From Lama guanicoe (Eukaryota): DNA of 64,000 bases. Position 1 is the first letter of the stretch; every line of letters starts with the position of its first letter. The position numbers and the translations under genes were made by a program. The DNA is taken from NCBI GenBank assembly GCA_013239625.1, contig MU054925.1, positions 34,079,538 to 34,143,537 of the forward strand. The letters are read 5' to 3'. Positions 1-12,200 of the stretch are shown here, piece by piece. The notes beneath the pieces were generated by a model. The model ran no database searches. It had not been told where the DNA came from and saw nothing but the letters and a program-made list of their open reading frames with translations.

Positions 1-400
1 GCGCAGGGAACCACATTCAAGATCTCGTAATAACCCACAATGAAAACAGTACGAAAACAACGTGTACACACGTATAAATGAGCCGCTAGGCTGCACACTG
101 GAGGCTAACACAACGCTGTACATCCAGTGTCCTTCAACGAAAGAAAAGCAAACGTGGGTGTGTACACAGTGGGACGCTGTTCAGCCACAGAGAAGAAGGC
201 AGTCTCGCCACCTGTGACATCGCGGACGGACCCCGAAGGCATCGTGCCGAGCAAAGTCGGCCAGACGGAGGAAGACCAGCGCGGTGTGACCTCACTCACA
301 CGTGGACTCTGAAAGAGCTGAACCCACAGATTCAGAGAACGGGCTGGCGGCGGCCAGAGGCCGGAAGGGAGGGCGGGGTGCAGCGGGTGAGGGCGGATGC
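1..400 (+). mobile_element. L1 3' UTR remnants, GC-shifted
   Basis: Degenerate matches to L1 3' motifs (gctgcacactggaggctaacacaacgctgta; ggacggaccccgaaggcatcgtgccgagcaaagtcggccagacggaggaagac). Confidence 0.75.
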
Positions 401-611
401 CTGCCTAGAAGGCAGTAAGTAGAAGTGACACAGGGAAGTGGGGGCCGGGGCGTGGCGGCTGCAGCTTAACCGGCTGGGCAGGGCGGGGTCCTCCCCGGGG
501 AGGGGAGGGCCCTGTGGGTCTCAGTGACACAGACGTGAGGTGGGTGTCCTGGGCAGGGAGCCCCGGGGCGGTAGGGCGCTGCCCATGCCTGTGCCCAGAG
601 GTGAGCCGGTC

Positions 612-691
612 GGACCTGGACCCCCAGATGCACCCCCAGGGCCTGGACCCCCACACGCACCCCCAGGACCTGGACCCCCAGACGCACCCCA
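612..691. repeat. Minisatellite, 3 copies of a ~27-bp unit GG(A/G)CCTGGACCCCCA(G/C)A(T/C)GCACCCCCA
   Basis: Units are directly visible at 612, 639 and 666. Confidence 0.9.
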
Positions 692-934
692 GGGCCCTGG
701 CTGGTCGGGTCACCTGCCCAGGACTGGGGTGCTGTCCGCCCCCCGCTCGCCCCGCCGTTGGGAGCCCCGGACATCACAGCGTCACAAACGCCGCTGCCCC
801 TCCAGGAAGTCCTCCCTCAGCTGGGCTGCAGCTGGGGCGGGAGGAGGAGCCGGGCCCCGGGCAGCCGGTCGGCTCCGCCCCGCGGCACAGCCTGGCTCCT
901 GAGCCACGGTGGCCCTGCTCCTTCACGTGACCTT

Positions 935-1110
935 ATTTTTCTGTTTTTGTTTTGTTGTTGTTTTTGAGGGGGGAGATTACTGGGTTTATTTTATTTATGT
1001 ATTTGTTTATTTATTTATTTACTCTGTACTCAGATATTTATTTACGTGGAGGGACTGGGCACTGAGCCCAGGGCCTCGTGCGTGCGAAGCACCCGCTCGA
1101 CCTTCCCCCT
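935..1110 (-). mobile_element. tRNA-derived SINE (camelid-like) with A-rich tail
   Basis: The reverse complement has a tRNA-like head (gcacgaggccctgggctcagtgcccagtccctcc) and an (AAAT)n tail; imperfect TSD tgac(c/t)tt(a/t)..tttt. Confidence 0.7.
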
Positions 1111-1230
1111 CTGACTTTTATTTTGATTCCCTGCTCTCTCTGTGGTCTGACCGAACTACACGGCCATCCACTTCTCTGCGCACTTTCTGTGTCGTTCCGC
1201 CTTAGGTGTTTTGCTTAAAAAGACCGTTAC

Positions 1231-1407
1231 CTTTGGGTTTGGGTCACAGCGCAGTGCCCGGTCTTGCTGCCGGGCTTCTCGGCTCCGGCCCGCCTGTCTG
1301 CCTTCAGCCCTTTCAGCTTCGCTCTCCGAGCCTCCCTCCGGTGGTCGGGAAGGTTTGTGCCTTGGGGTTAATTTCGCCGGTTCACCTTCGTTCTCCAGGG
1401 GCACGTG
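1231..1407 (-). pseudogene. Candidate exon, HVPLENEGEP...DPNPK (59 codons, phase 0-0)
   Basis: Acceptor gtgttacag| and donor AAG|gtaacg; 177 nt open. A 105-nt GT-AG gap separates it from the upstream segment 1513-1909. Confidence 0.35.
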
Positions 1408-1512
1408 CTGTAACACGAGCGCCCAGAGGGACGCGCGCCCGATTCCCCTCCGTGTGGACGAGGTCAGCCTGTGCCGCCCGCCCTCCCCGCAGCGGGGCTG
1501 CCACAGGCGCAC

Positions 1513-1909
1513 CTCGTGTTTCAGATTCCGCCTTCATCTTTAATTTGCTCGTGGGCTTTATCGCTAGGCACCTTCTTTTCCAAGAACCACCGTCCGTAGG
1601 CAGAGTCTCCTTCCTTCCTCACTTAGCCCTGCCGTTCCCGAATCCCGACTCGGTGGAATCTGTTCCCGCTGAGTTCTCAGGAGGGTCGGCACCGCGAATT
1701 CACGCGTTGGGGACGACGCTTCTGCCGCTCTCACGAGTGGGAACCATGCTTTGGCTGGATGCTGACGTGTTTTTTAAAATGGATCTTTGGTTGTTTTTAT
1801 CAAAATGAGAAGCGTACGTAAGAGCCACAGACCGTTCCCGCACGGCCCACCGTGGAAGCAGCCCTCTGCCGGCTCCTCGTCTCCCGCTTTCCCAGAGGAA
1901 CGTTCTGGG
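1513..1909 (-). pseudogene. Candidate decayed exon with stops/frameshifts
   Basis: Acceptor gtcttgtctccttcag| and donor GAG|gtgcgc; purine-rich, reading YASHFDKNNQRSILKNTSASSQSMVPTRESGRSVVPNA*IRGADPPENSAGTDSTESGFG... Confidence 0.25.
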
Positions 1910-2109
1910 CTGAAGGAGACAAGACGTCATCACACGCAGGCTGGATCAGACCCTGGGTGGTGGCAAACTGGGGGACACCTGGGAGGCTGAATATGCACAA
2001 CGCACGGGGCAGCATTAGGTTTCGGGGTCGAGCTTCCTGAGCACCACGTGGTCCTGGAGCTGCGTGTGGCCTCCCTTCCTGACGTCTGAGTGACTTCTGC
2101 TTATGTGAC

Positions 2110-2420
2110 ATCCAGCTGGCCGAGCTGCGCCCCTGCCCCCGATGTGGAGGCTGAAACCCAACACTTCAGAATGGGACTCTATTTGGAGATGGGGGTCTTT
2201 AAAGACGTGACTAACTTAAAATGAGGTTATCAGGGTGGCCCAGGTCAGTACGGCTGGTGTTCTTACGAGAAGCGATCAGGACACAGACACACCCAGAGGG
2301 ACGCCTGTGTGGGGGCAAGGAGAAGACGGCCGTCTATGCAGCAAGGAGCGAGGCCTGGGGAGAAGCCAGCCTGGGGACACCGTGACCTGAGATTCCCACC
2401 TCCAGGACACTGCAGTCACG
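2110..2420 (+). mobile_element. MaLR LTR (MLT1A/B-like)
   Basis: Typical MLT1 motifs: cagaatgggactctatttggagat...ctttaaagacgtgactaacttaaaatgagg and ggagaagacggccgtctatg. Confidence 0.75.
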
Positions 2421-2479
2421 CGGCCTGAGCTGACACGATGCACTGACCTGTCTGTCTTTTCTCGCATTTCCTGCTGTTT

Positions 2480-3095
2480 CCAGCTTTACTGAGATGCAGC
2501 TGATGCAGAACGCTGTGTCAGTTTAAGGAGCACAAGTGCTGATTTGATGCATTTACATCTCGCAGAACGATCACCACCGCAGCACTGGCTGACACCTCGG
2601 TCCTAACACCTCCGCCCGCCACGTAATTACACTTCTGTGTGAGAACGTTTAAGATCTACTCTCTTTGCAGCTTGCGAGTACACAGTGCAGTGTTGCTAGC
2701 GTTAATCACCAGGCTGCGTGGCGGCTCCCCAGAACTGGTTAGTCTTTTAGCTGGAAGTTGGTTCCCTTCGACCGTCTACCCATTCCCCCTGCACCCCAGT
2801 CCCTGGTGTGCAAAAACCACTTCTCTTTTTTAAAACAAGTATCTAAGTTGCAGGTGCAGAGCACTGTAATCCGACATCTGAACACACCCAGAGCGCCCCT
2901 GGCCGACCCCGTCCCCCTCTCGCCCGCCCCGCCCCGCTTTCCCGAGTTCAGCTCCGTTAGATGCTACATGTAAGTGAGCGCGTGCAGTGTTCGTCTTCCT
3001 CTGACTTACCTCACTTGGCCTAACGCCCTGAAGGTCCGCCAAGGTGACACCAATGGCAGGATCTCCTCCTTTCTCGTGGCTGAGTAACATTTCAT
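2480..3095 (-). mobile_element. L1 3' end fragments
   Basis: gtgagaacgtttaagatctactctct and ctctgacttacctcacttggcctaacgccctgaaggtcc are antisense L1 3' UTR motifs. Confidence 0.7.
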
Positions 3096-3509
3096 TTAAC
3101 GTAAGATGGTTTTAAAAAACGGATTCAGCTGTGGCATTGACACAGAAACTGACACAACACTGTACACTGACCTCAGCTTAAAACAGACAGACCAAGGGCG
3201 TGGTCATGGAAAGCCATGCGCCTGCCGCGCCTGCTGGGACCGGCCTTGGGCCATGCGCACCGCCACGCCCACCCGGGCCCGCGCAGCCCCGACCCGACCC
3301 CCTCCCCCGCCCCCGAGCCCCGCCCTTCAGACGTCGTCCCTCTCCGCCCTCCGCCCTTTCAGCCTGACTCAGCTGCTCCCAGTCGCCTCCCTCGTGAGTC
3401 ACCTTCAGGGAGTGGTGCCGGTTGGGTCTGGACACCTCTGTCCGGCTGCACTTTACTTTAAGTGGAAACATTACATCATGGATTGCTCGAGCCAAGGACA
3501 TTTTAGTTA

Positions 3510-4625
3510 AATACAGCTGAAAAGAAGCACGCTGGAGTGTTTCAAGGGGAGACGAAACCATCAGGGAAGGGACAGTCTCTCCAACGAATGGCGCCGGGAA
3601 AGCTGGGCCCCACGTGCAGAAGGACGAGAACCAGCTCAAAGTGGGTCACAGGCCTGAGTGCAAGGCCCCTACCCCACGGCTCCTTGAAGGGCGCACAGGC
3701 AGCCGTCTCCCTGACACGGGTCCTGCCGATGGTTTTTTGAATCTGACTCCTGAAGCAGAGAAGGCAACAAACGCAGAAACAGTGGGACGACACCAGACAC
3801 CGCAGAGGCAGCCGTCCACAACGTGAAAAGGGACCCGCTGAGCGCGAGAACACATCTGCAAATCACGAACCTGACGAGGGCGGAGGGCCACAATCATCAA
3901 GAACTCACACAGCTCCACAGCAAAAAGCCAAGCTGATTGAAAGCTGGGCTGAGGACCCCAACAGACATTGTTTCCCAAAGAAAACACACAGACAGCCAAC
4001 ACGCCCATGAAAAGATGCTCAGCATCTCTGCTCATCAGGGAAACGCAAATCAGAGCCACACGAGACATCACCGCACACCTGTCAGCACGGCTGTGATACA
4101 AGACAGCCAGCAGCAGGTGCTGGAGAGGATGTGGAGGAAACGGAAACCTCGTGCACTGCTGGTGGCGAAGGAAGTCGGTGCAGCCGCTGTGGAGAACAGT
4201 GTGGAGGGTCCTCAAGACACTAAAAGCGGAGCTACCGTGTGATGCAGCAAGTCCACTTCTGCGTATTTATCCAGAGGAAACGGGCACACTCACACACGTG
4301 CTCCCCCACGTCCACCGCAGCTGCGATACGGAAGCACCAGGAGTCCGCCGACAAGTGAGCGGATGAAGACACGGCGGTGTGGGTATCCACGGGGATGTCG
4401 TTTAGCCATGAAAATGAGGCCTGTCATTGCGACAGCAGTGGGTGGATCTTGAGGACGTGATGTCAAATGCAGTAAGTCAGACGGAGAAAGAGGTATCGTG
4501 TGCTCTCATGTATACGTGGAATATAAAAGAAAACCAAGCCTGCAGACACAGAGAACAGACTGGTGGCTGCCAGAGACAGGAGCAGGGTGAGAGGAATGGG
4601 TGAAGGGGCCAAAAGGTAAAAATAC
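3510..4625 (+). mobile_element. L1 ORF2 3' end plus 3' UTR, decayed
   Basis: catgaaaagatgctcagcatc...cagggaaacgcaaatcagagccac; gtgctggagaggatgtggaggaaacggaaacc; gcagccgctgtggagaacagtgtggagg. Confidence 0.85.
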
Positions 4626-5102
4626 AAAGTAAAGATGTAGTTTCTAAAAGTAAAATGCTTGTCAGTGTACCACCAAAATCACTGCTGGTGACGTCCTTTA
4701 GCAACAGCTGGGCTAGTGGGTCACCGAAGTGAGCCTTTGTGTAAAAGCTCACCTGGTGGTACCTGGCTCGCCAGGAGACAGACAGCTAAGCTGCTCAGCA
4801 GAATTAAGCAGGAAGGCGTTGAGGCTCCTCCAGCAGGCTGTGCGGGAGCGAGGGGGCCCCCAGAAGGAGGGAAGCTGAGATAAGTGAGGGGGTGGAAGAG
4901 AGGAGGGCCGAGCAGGGGTGGGGCCTAGTCACCCAGCCCCCTTCGCCTCGGCCACCTGGGCTCAGGACAGGGGCCTAGACCCCAGCCTCACCCAAGGTCT
5001 CGGGCTTCGTCCAGACTGTCTGGTGGGGGGACACATCACTAGAACAACCTACCAGAGTCCTTCATCCTCTCTCAGTCCCTGTCGGGGAGGAAGGCATGCT
5101 CC

Positions 5103-5560
5103 TGTGTATCAGTTAGCTCTTGCTGTGTAACAAATCACACCATAACCCAGTGACTTTAAACAACAAACATTATTTCCCATGAGTCCCCAATTGGCTGGGC
5201 AGTTCTGCTGATCTCAGTGGGGGTCATTTGTGCATGTGGGGCCATGGGGTCAGAGGGCAGCCCAGGTGACCCAGGCAGGGGTCTCACATGCTGCAGGATT
5301 GGCTGTGTGACGAGGACCTCTCTCCTGGGTTCCCAGCAGGTCGCCTGAGCTTATTCTTGTAGCAGCTCAGGCTTAAAAAGATGGAGTGGAAACTGGGGCC
5401 CCCGCTCAGAACTGCAGTGTCTCTTCCACCTTGTCCTGTGGCCACAGCAAGTCACAGGCTAGCCCAGGAGGGTGGGGAGATGGACCCTACATCTCAATGG
5501 GAAGAGCCACGAAGCCACGTGGCAAAGGGCATGGGCTCAGGGAGGTGAAGGATTGAGGCC
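5103..5560 (-). mobile_element. Old MaLR LTR (MLT1 group)
   Basis: tgtatcagttagctcttgctgtgtaacaaatcac...tttaaacaacaaaca and gcaagtcacaggctagccca. Confidence 0.65.
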
Positions 5561-8500
5561 TGGTCGCATCCACCTGTCCCATCTTGTAACCGGGGAACCT
5601 CAGCTGCACTGGTCGGGGTCAGAGGTCACTGCTTCCCCCGTGGGGCCCTCCATCCACGTGGTCCTGGGGAGGGGGCACAGCTCTGCCCAGCGGAGGGAGG
5701 GGGCTGATGTGGCCTTCTGGGGGTGGTGGACAGAGCCTGCCCAGACCCTCGCCCCCTCGCCAGTGGGACGAGGACCAGAAGACAGTGGAAATTCATCCCC
5801 CGGCCTGGAGACGTCTGGGCGGGGAACCGAAGTTCTCGGGGCCCAGATGGTGTTTTTCATGTCGTGTTCCAGTTGGCGGCTGAGCCCTGGAAGGGAGGCG
5901 AACACGTGGGATGGAGCAGCTGGCTAAGTGGATGCAACGGGAGGCCCAGCTCCGGTTTCCCGGACCGCGGCTCTGACGGGCTGTTGGCTGCGACTGAACG
6001 TTAACTGTCTCGATGTCCAGTGCTCTTCCAGGACTCGACTGTCTAGAAACCTTGCTCAGGGGGTGTGGGTCCACTCACAGTCTTCAGCGTCTGGGCTTGA
6101 GGGCCGGTGGGCTTCTGCCCCGTTTCCCGGGTGGGGTCAGAGGGTGCTGGCCTGGGGTCCCTGGCCCGCGAGGGCCAGGACAGGCCTAGAGTGCAGGTTA
6201 CCAGTGGTCACGTTGCTCTTCCACATGCTTCTGTGAGGACCAAGGTTTGGAGCAACGTTTCCCCACCTCTTTGTGACCCAGAGAAATGAAACCTTCACAT
6301 GGAGACTGAAGATAACACGCGTGTATCACATTTGTGTGTATGTGTGTGTGCGCACGCGCAAGACAAGAGGTAGACCTGCCCAGATTCCCAGAAGGGAACA
6401 GCACAGGTGCCTGGATGCCCAGTCTCTGTGGAAGGACGGAGAGTGGGGGTCTGTCCACTGAATTCCCAGACCCTCCCTCGGCCTGACTGCTGCCCCACCT
6501 CGAATCCCAGCTGGGACTCCCTTCCTCCTGGCTTCCTCCCCACCCGCCTCCCCGCTCTGTCCCTGGTCCCACTCGTGTCGGACGGTGGTCCCTGGACTCC
6601 CTGTGGGGTGGCACCCCTTCCCCGGAGATCCTTGGGTCTCACCCCAGTCAGTAGGGCAGGTGTGACGCTGGGGCTGCGGGAATGGCTGGGTCTCCCCCGC
6701 TGGGCTGCCTTCCCCACGGTCCTGCCCGCTCCTCTCTGCCCCCTGCCCTGCAGGTGAGGACAGGGCCCAGGCTGCCTGGCCAGAGTGTGTGGCTCCCCTG
6801 TGCACGGCTGGACACCCAAGCCTGGGTGAGCCCTCAGATCTGACCCCTGGGCGCACGTTTATCATCGGCGCCTGCAGAACCTGACACGGGGGCCGACCTG
6901 TGTGCCCAGGGACACCCAGCATGGCCATGGACAGACCGGCCCCGAGGGGGAGGAAGTGTCAGCATTTCAAGAGCGGTGCCCCCAGGCACTCTGATGAAGC
7001 CGCTGCCCGGCCCCGAGCGAGGGCTCCAGCTGCGTGGGGCACATGGCTCAGACCCCCTCTGGCTGGTCCTCTGCCTGCCCTGGCTGGCGGCCACACCGGC
7101 ACCTGCTGCAACACAGCTGCAGGGCCAGTGCCAGGCCGGACGGCGTCAGGGCGCTCGGCAGACCTGTGACGGGGCAGGGCGGGGGCGGGGCCTCCCCCCA
7201 TCCGGCGGGGCCTCCCCCCACCCCTCTGACGGACGGGAGACGGGCCACGTGCCCTACCCCGCCCTCAGCTCCCTCTGACCCTGACAAGGCCCTGACGTGC
7301 CGCTGGTGTCCCGCACGGTGTGGCCGCGCTCAAGAGACGTGTTGAGAGAGCCGTGAGCCCCGCACCCGGGACCACCGATTCCACAGCGAGAAGTGATTTC
7401 CCTACAAATTATCTTTCAAGTCTTCTAATGACTTCCAGGAGAAATCCTCGGTCTGGCGCCAGGATGTGTTAACACCTTTGTAATACTTGCTAATCTCCCT
7501 CCGTTTAGCGAAGAGGGGCAGGCCTCGGGCCGCACGTCCTGCCAGGCAGCAGCATCACAGTAGACTTAGGTAGCATTGTTTTGACTTCACTGTGTTTTCT
7601 CGTACTCGTATCGCACAAGATGAGGCTCCTCTCCATGCATGAAGTGGTATGAAGTTCTCCGCTAAATACAGTAAATGCAAGTGAAGGACATAGAAAAATA
7701 AAAGAAAATCGAGGTGTGAACTAAAATTAACTAATATTTAAGAAAACACATATTTGAGAAAATCTGAAATAAGAGTGAAGGGAATGTGAAGGGGCCTGGT
7801 AGGGGGGCCGACACGGGAAGGACGTGGGTGACTGCAGGCAGCACCTGAGTCCTCGCAGGGGCAGGAGAGCAGGGCGTGTCCGGGGACCACACCCAAGGAC
7901 CCGCCAGCCCGGCAGCTGGCCCTCAAGGTGGCCCAAGGCTCCTCCCCGTACCACAGCCCGGCCGGGAGTGGAGACCTGGCGGTTGGTTTCTGCGACCCCC
8001 AAGCTGCACCCGTGACAGGGAGCTGAGCGCCGATGATGGGGTCTCCATCAGCCAGCTGTCGTGGCCGAGGGGTGGGAATTGTCCACTCTCTCTGCATCTG
8101 AGGGGCTGGCTAAGGTCCTGGAATGCCGCCCAGCTCTGCCTCACCCACTCCTCGGTTAGCATTACGGTCCTAAATATGGACCCTGTCCAGATCCCACTGT
8201 GTGCTCACCTCCCTCACGCCTGGGGTAGCCAGGGTGCTTGCGTGCTTGGACAAAGGTCCTGGGAGGGCTGACCTCACCAGCATGGAGTGAACCTGGCCAC
8301 GGGCTGGCTGGTTGCTCACCCTAAGCCACCCCCCCACCCCTGTTGTGCTCCTGTCTGGGTGTCAGCTCTCCTCCGGGAAGCCCTGCGCAGGGGTGGGTCT
8401 CAGCAAGCCCGAGACAGCCACAGCAACTCCATTTCCCGAGCCAGTGACTGACTTAGGGAGGAGCAGGTGACCCCACTCTGGCTGCCTCTGTGAGGCCTGG

Positions 8501-9028
8501 GGTCTTGGCAGCCGTCTTGGGCTCCTGAGGACCCCTGGCCTGCGGGAAAGGTGCTAAGAACGACAAGGAGAAAGACGGAAGGTTCCGGGCCCTAGGTCTT
8601 CCTTCTGGGCAGGATAAGGAAGTCTAAGGCATCTGCAGCCTCGAAGCAGCCCAGCCAGTGCCCACGGGGTGGACGGGCGGGTCCTCAGTCTTCCCCCGTC
8701 ATACCGACCGTGTCACCCCCTTCTCCTCTCGGGGAAAAGTGCCCGACACAGGTGTTTCCACAAGATTTAAAGACACGCCGCACTCAGGTACACTCGCGCA
8801 CAAATCTGGTCGATTTACGATGCTCGTCCACAATCATCGCCTGACTCCGTCCTGGCTTTCTCACAGGGTGACAGAATGAACACCACCAGACGCCTGTGAC
8901 CCCCAAGGCCGGGCCAGAACCTGAGCTCTGTGTCCGTGGCTGTGAGCGCACTCACGCCCAGCCCCGGGGTCCAAACCCAGCACAGCCTCCCCCCCCTCCC
9001 CGGCGCCCCCCTCCCCCCCCCCCCCCCC

Positions 9029-9202
9029 NNNNNNNNNNNNNNNNNNNNNNNNNNNNNNNNNNNNNNNNNNNNNNNNNNNNNNNNNNNNNNNNNNNNNNNN
9101 NNNNNNNNNNNNNNNNNNNNNNNNNNNNNNNNNNNNNNNNNNNNNNNNNNNNNNNNNNNNNNNNNNNNNNNNNNNNNNNNNNNNNNNNNNNNNNNNNNNN
9201 NN
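9029..9202. other. Assembly gap (N run) in a poly-C context
   Basis: N run flanked by C-rich tracts. Confidence 0.99.
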
Positions 9203-12200
9203 CCCCGGCGCCCCTCTCCCCGCCCACCCCACCCCGTCAGTGTTGCCCTCACCGCCCGTTTCCACCAGGAGCTGCCCTGTGGGCACCCCTCCTTCCTCTC
9301 CGGCGTCTGTGGCAGCGCCTGCACCCAGTCCACACGTCTGGCGGGGCTGCACGGTGGGGTCCCTTCCCCTCTCTCCAGCCCAGGGCCCCACACGCTGCAG
9401 CGGCCGAGTGAGTGCCGCTGGCTGAGTATAGAGGGGGCCTCACGGCTCCCTCAGAAACAGCCCCTCGCCCCCTTTTCCCCTGGTCTCACCCCACCTGGAC
9501 ATGAAATGTTTACCCGTTTGCCCACTGCCTGTTGGGTCCCAGGGACCGTCTGCTCTCCACTCTGTCCCCACCACCCGCAAGAGTCACAGCACACAGTGGG
9601 TCTGCAGGAAGTAAGCATTAGGTGACCACGACCCCACAGGCCGCCACCAGGGACCACTGCTGGTTACTCCCTGCAAGCTGGATTCCTCCGGGGAGCCCCA
9701 AGCGCGCCTTTGAAGGGCTGCACACACTTTGTTCAGTTGGGTGGAGGGGGCCCAGGAAAGAGGGAGACGGGCACCGGAGGCAGAGATGGAGACAGAGAAC
9801 ACACCATCACTGCGCCGATTAGCCGTGCCTACTGCCAAGCTGCCAGGAGCCGGCTCAATGCTTTCTGCCTGTCTGATGGCCTAATCAGAGCCCGCCTTCC
9901 TTAATCCCGCTCCCCATCTTTCACATCGACCCCGAACGGGGCAGAGGGACGAGCACACGGCCGCGGGCGAAGAGAATGCAGTTAACAGCCCGCAGCTTCA
10001 CTGCAAAGCTGTCACCCTCCAGTTGGCCTGAACACTGCAGATTTTTTTGTCCTCTGGGCTATTTCTCTCCTCACCTTTCCTTTCTGTGATTCACATTTTG
10101 AACAGCAAGCAGGGCAAGGATTTATAAAAGGAAAGCACGGGATTACACCAGGGATTCCCAAACTTCTGGAAGTCACGGAGCCTTGGTTAAAAAACATCCC
10201 GGTAGAAGGGAAGTTTATAGATTCAGAGGAAGCAGATATTCACGGGGGCACTTTCCACTCAGAGTCGTCCCGTCAGGCTCAGAGAGGCAAAGGGAGTTGC
10301 TAAAGGGCACACAGCAGAGAGCTAGTGCTGGGGTGTGACCCACAGGCTGGCTCCAAGCCTCCCACGCCCAGGACGGCGGCCCAGGCCAGGGGCATGTCTG
10401 CAAGACCCCAGTGGGCATCACCCAGGGCTCCTGGTGGATGGGGGCCAGAGATGGAAGGGCGGGGGCTTCCAGACCCTGGCATCCTCCTGGCCAGACCAGA
10501 GGGACCCCGCCGGCCTCTTTCACATCTGACTTGCCTTTACTATGAGTGGCGGCCCGATCTCATCCCCAGAAAGGCGGAGGCAGCTCTTGGTGCTCACTCA
10601 CTGGGCTGGACTCAGACTCCCACCCAAATTCCGCGACCGATCTGGGCAGGCAGTGGGAGGGATGGGGTGGGTGGCAGGGAAGGGAGCCCAGAGCCATCCC
10701 AGATGCTTCAGGAAATGGGATGAAGTTGGGGTGGGAAAGGAGGGGTGAGCTGGAGCTCAAAACCCAGGCAGACGGCCCAGCTGAGGTGGACGGCGGGGGC
10801 GGGAGGACAGGAACCTGGTGTGGAGACTTTAGAGGAGCCACAGTGTGGCCGCCCTCCCTGGCCCTGCAGCTCGGACTTCTCTGCAGCCTCCCCCTCCACA
10901 GCCGCAGCGGCAACTCCGGGCTGGTTGGGGGTTCAAGTGACACTGCAGGCCCGCCCTCCAGGACTGGGTGTCCACCCCCCCTTGCCTGGATGGAGGGCCG
11001 GGGCTCAGCGTGGTGACAGGGTGCACGGCACGGCCGGGGTGCTGGTGCCCAAGGCCACTGCGTCAAGGACTGCCGTTGCAGAAGGTCCCTTGGCCTTCGG
11101 CGGGGAGGGCCCGCGTGTGAGTGCGGGGCGGGCAGCCGGGGCCCAGGACCTCATGTGCGGCCTGTGGAATTCTCGACTCCCGCCCTCCCACCAGGACACC
11201 CCTCCCCGGGCGTCTGGAGCTCCTTCAGGTCCCGCCAGCCTGTCCACACAGGAGGCAGGAATGCTGCAAGGAGGCCACGGGGGTGGAGGCCAGAGAGGCC
11301 GTCAGAGGGTATGTTCTAGACTCCACGAGCCCGCGGAGACCTGTGCCTGCTGGGGGTGGGGTGGTGAGGGACGGCGTTTGAGGGGCGAGACCACCCACGG
11401 GGCAGAAGACAGCCCACTGGCTGTTGGCTGAAAACTGCGGGAAGCCGTGGCTTTTCTGTTGGAAGGGTGGTTGAGGGTGGTTGGAAGGATGTGGCCTGAA
11501 GGCCCCTGAAGGGAAATGGGAGACGACTGGGGCCATCCCCGGCGGTGATGGCAGAGCCGTCCCCTGGGACCAGGACGGACGGGAAAGAGTGCCCCTTCCC
11601 CACGACACACTCCAGACACCGTAAGCTCATCACACACGAAACACATCATACGCTGTCTTCCAACAATGAAAAGGTTCCAGATGAATCCAAAGCCCCCTTT
11701 GGCCAACCTCTTACCCTCATGCACTCCCCGAAAGAGCTGCTCCTGTGGAGCCCGCAGGCTCCCCGCCAGTCGTTAAAACGCTCTCCATGCTGACCTGTGG
11801 AGATCCAGGTCCAGGTTTTCAGCGACCGCGCCAGTTCCCCTGCAGGGTCTGGGAACATCTTAGCCGCTCGCCAGGTGACGGGCACCCGGCTGTTCCCAAG
11901 GTCCGCGTGCATCACCTGGGACGCGCCTGCTTACGCCGTTCCCCCAAGCCCCCGCCCAGAAGCGGAGTCCCTGCCCCCAGGCACACTGGATTCTCAGGCC
12001 CCAGGGTCACTCACTTCCCTCAGCTCAACAGCACAGCGCTTTATCCAACCGGTTTTGCCGGTCTCAAGTTGATTTGATGTGCGTCTCCCCACCACTGGTG
12101 AGGTTTCGAGCCTCTGCTGCCGTTGGCCCGCCCGTCTCCTCCTCAGCGAACTCATATCCTTTGGCCATTTCCGATTTGGTTGCTATCTTTCCTCGGTACT

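Noticed and set aside
612-691. Direct repeats as a CRISPR-like array or collagen-like coding repeat
   Set aside because: Head-to-tail minisatellite without spacers in mammalian DNA; no exon context.
3646-4215. 189-aa minus-strand ORF
   Set aside because: Antisense reading of L1 ORF2/3' sequence.
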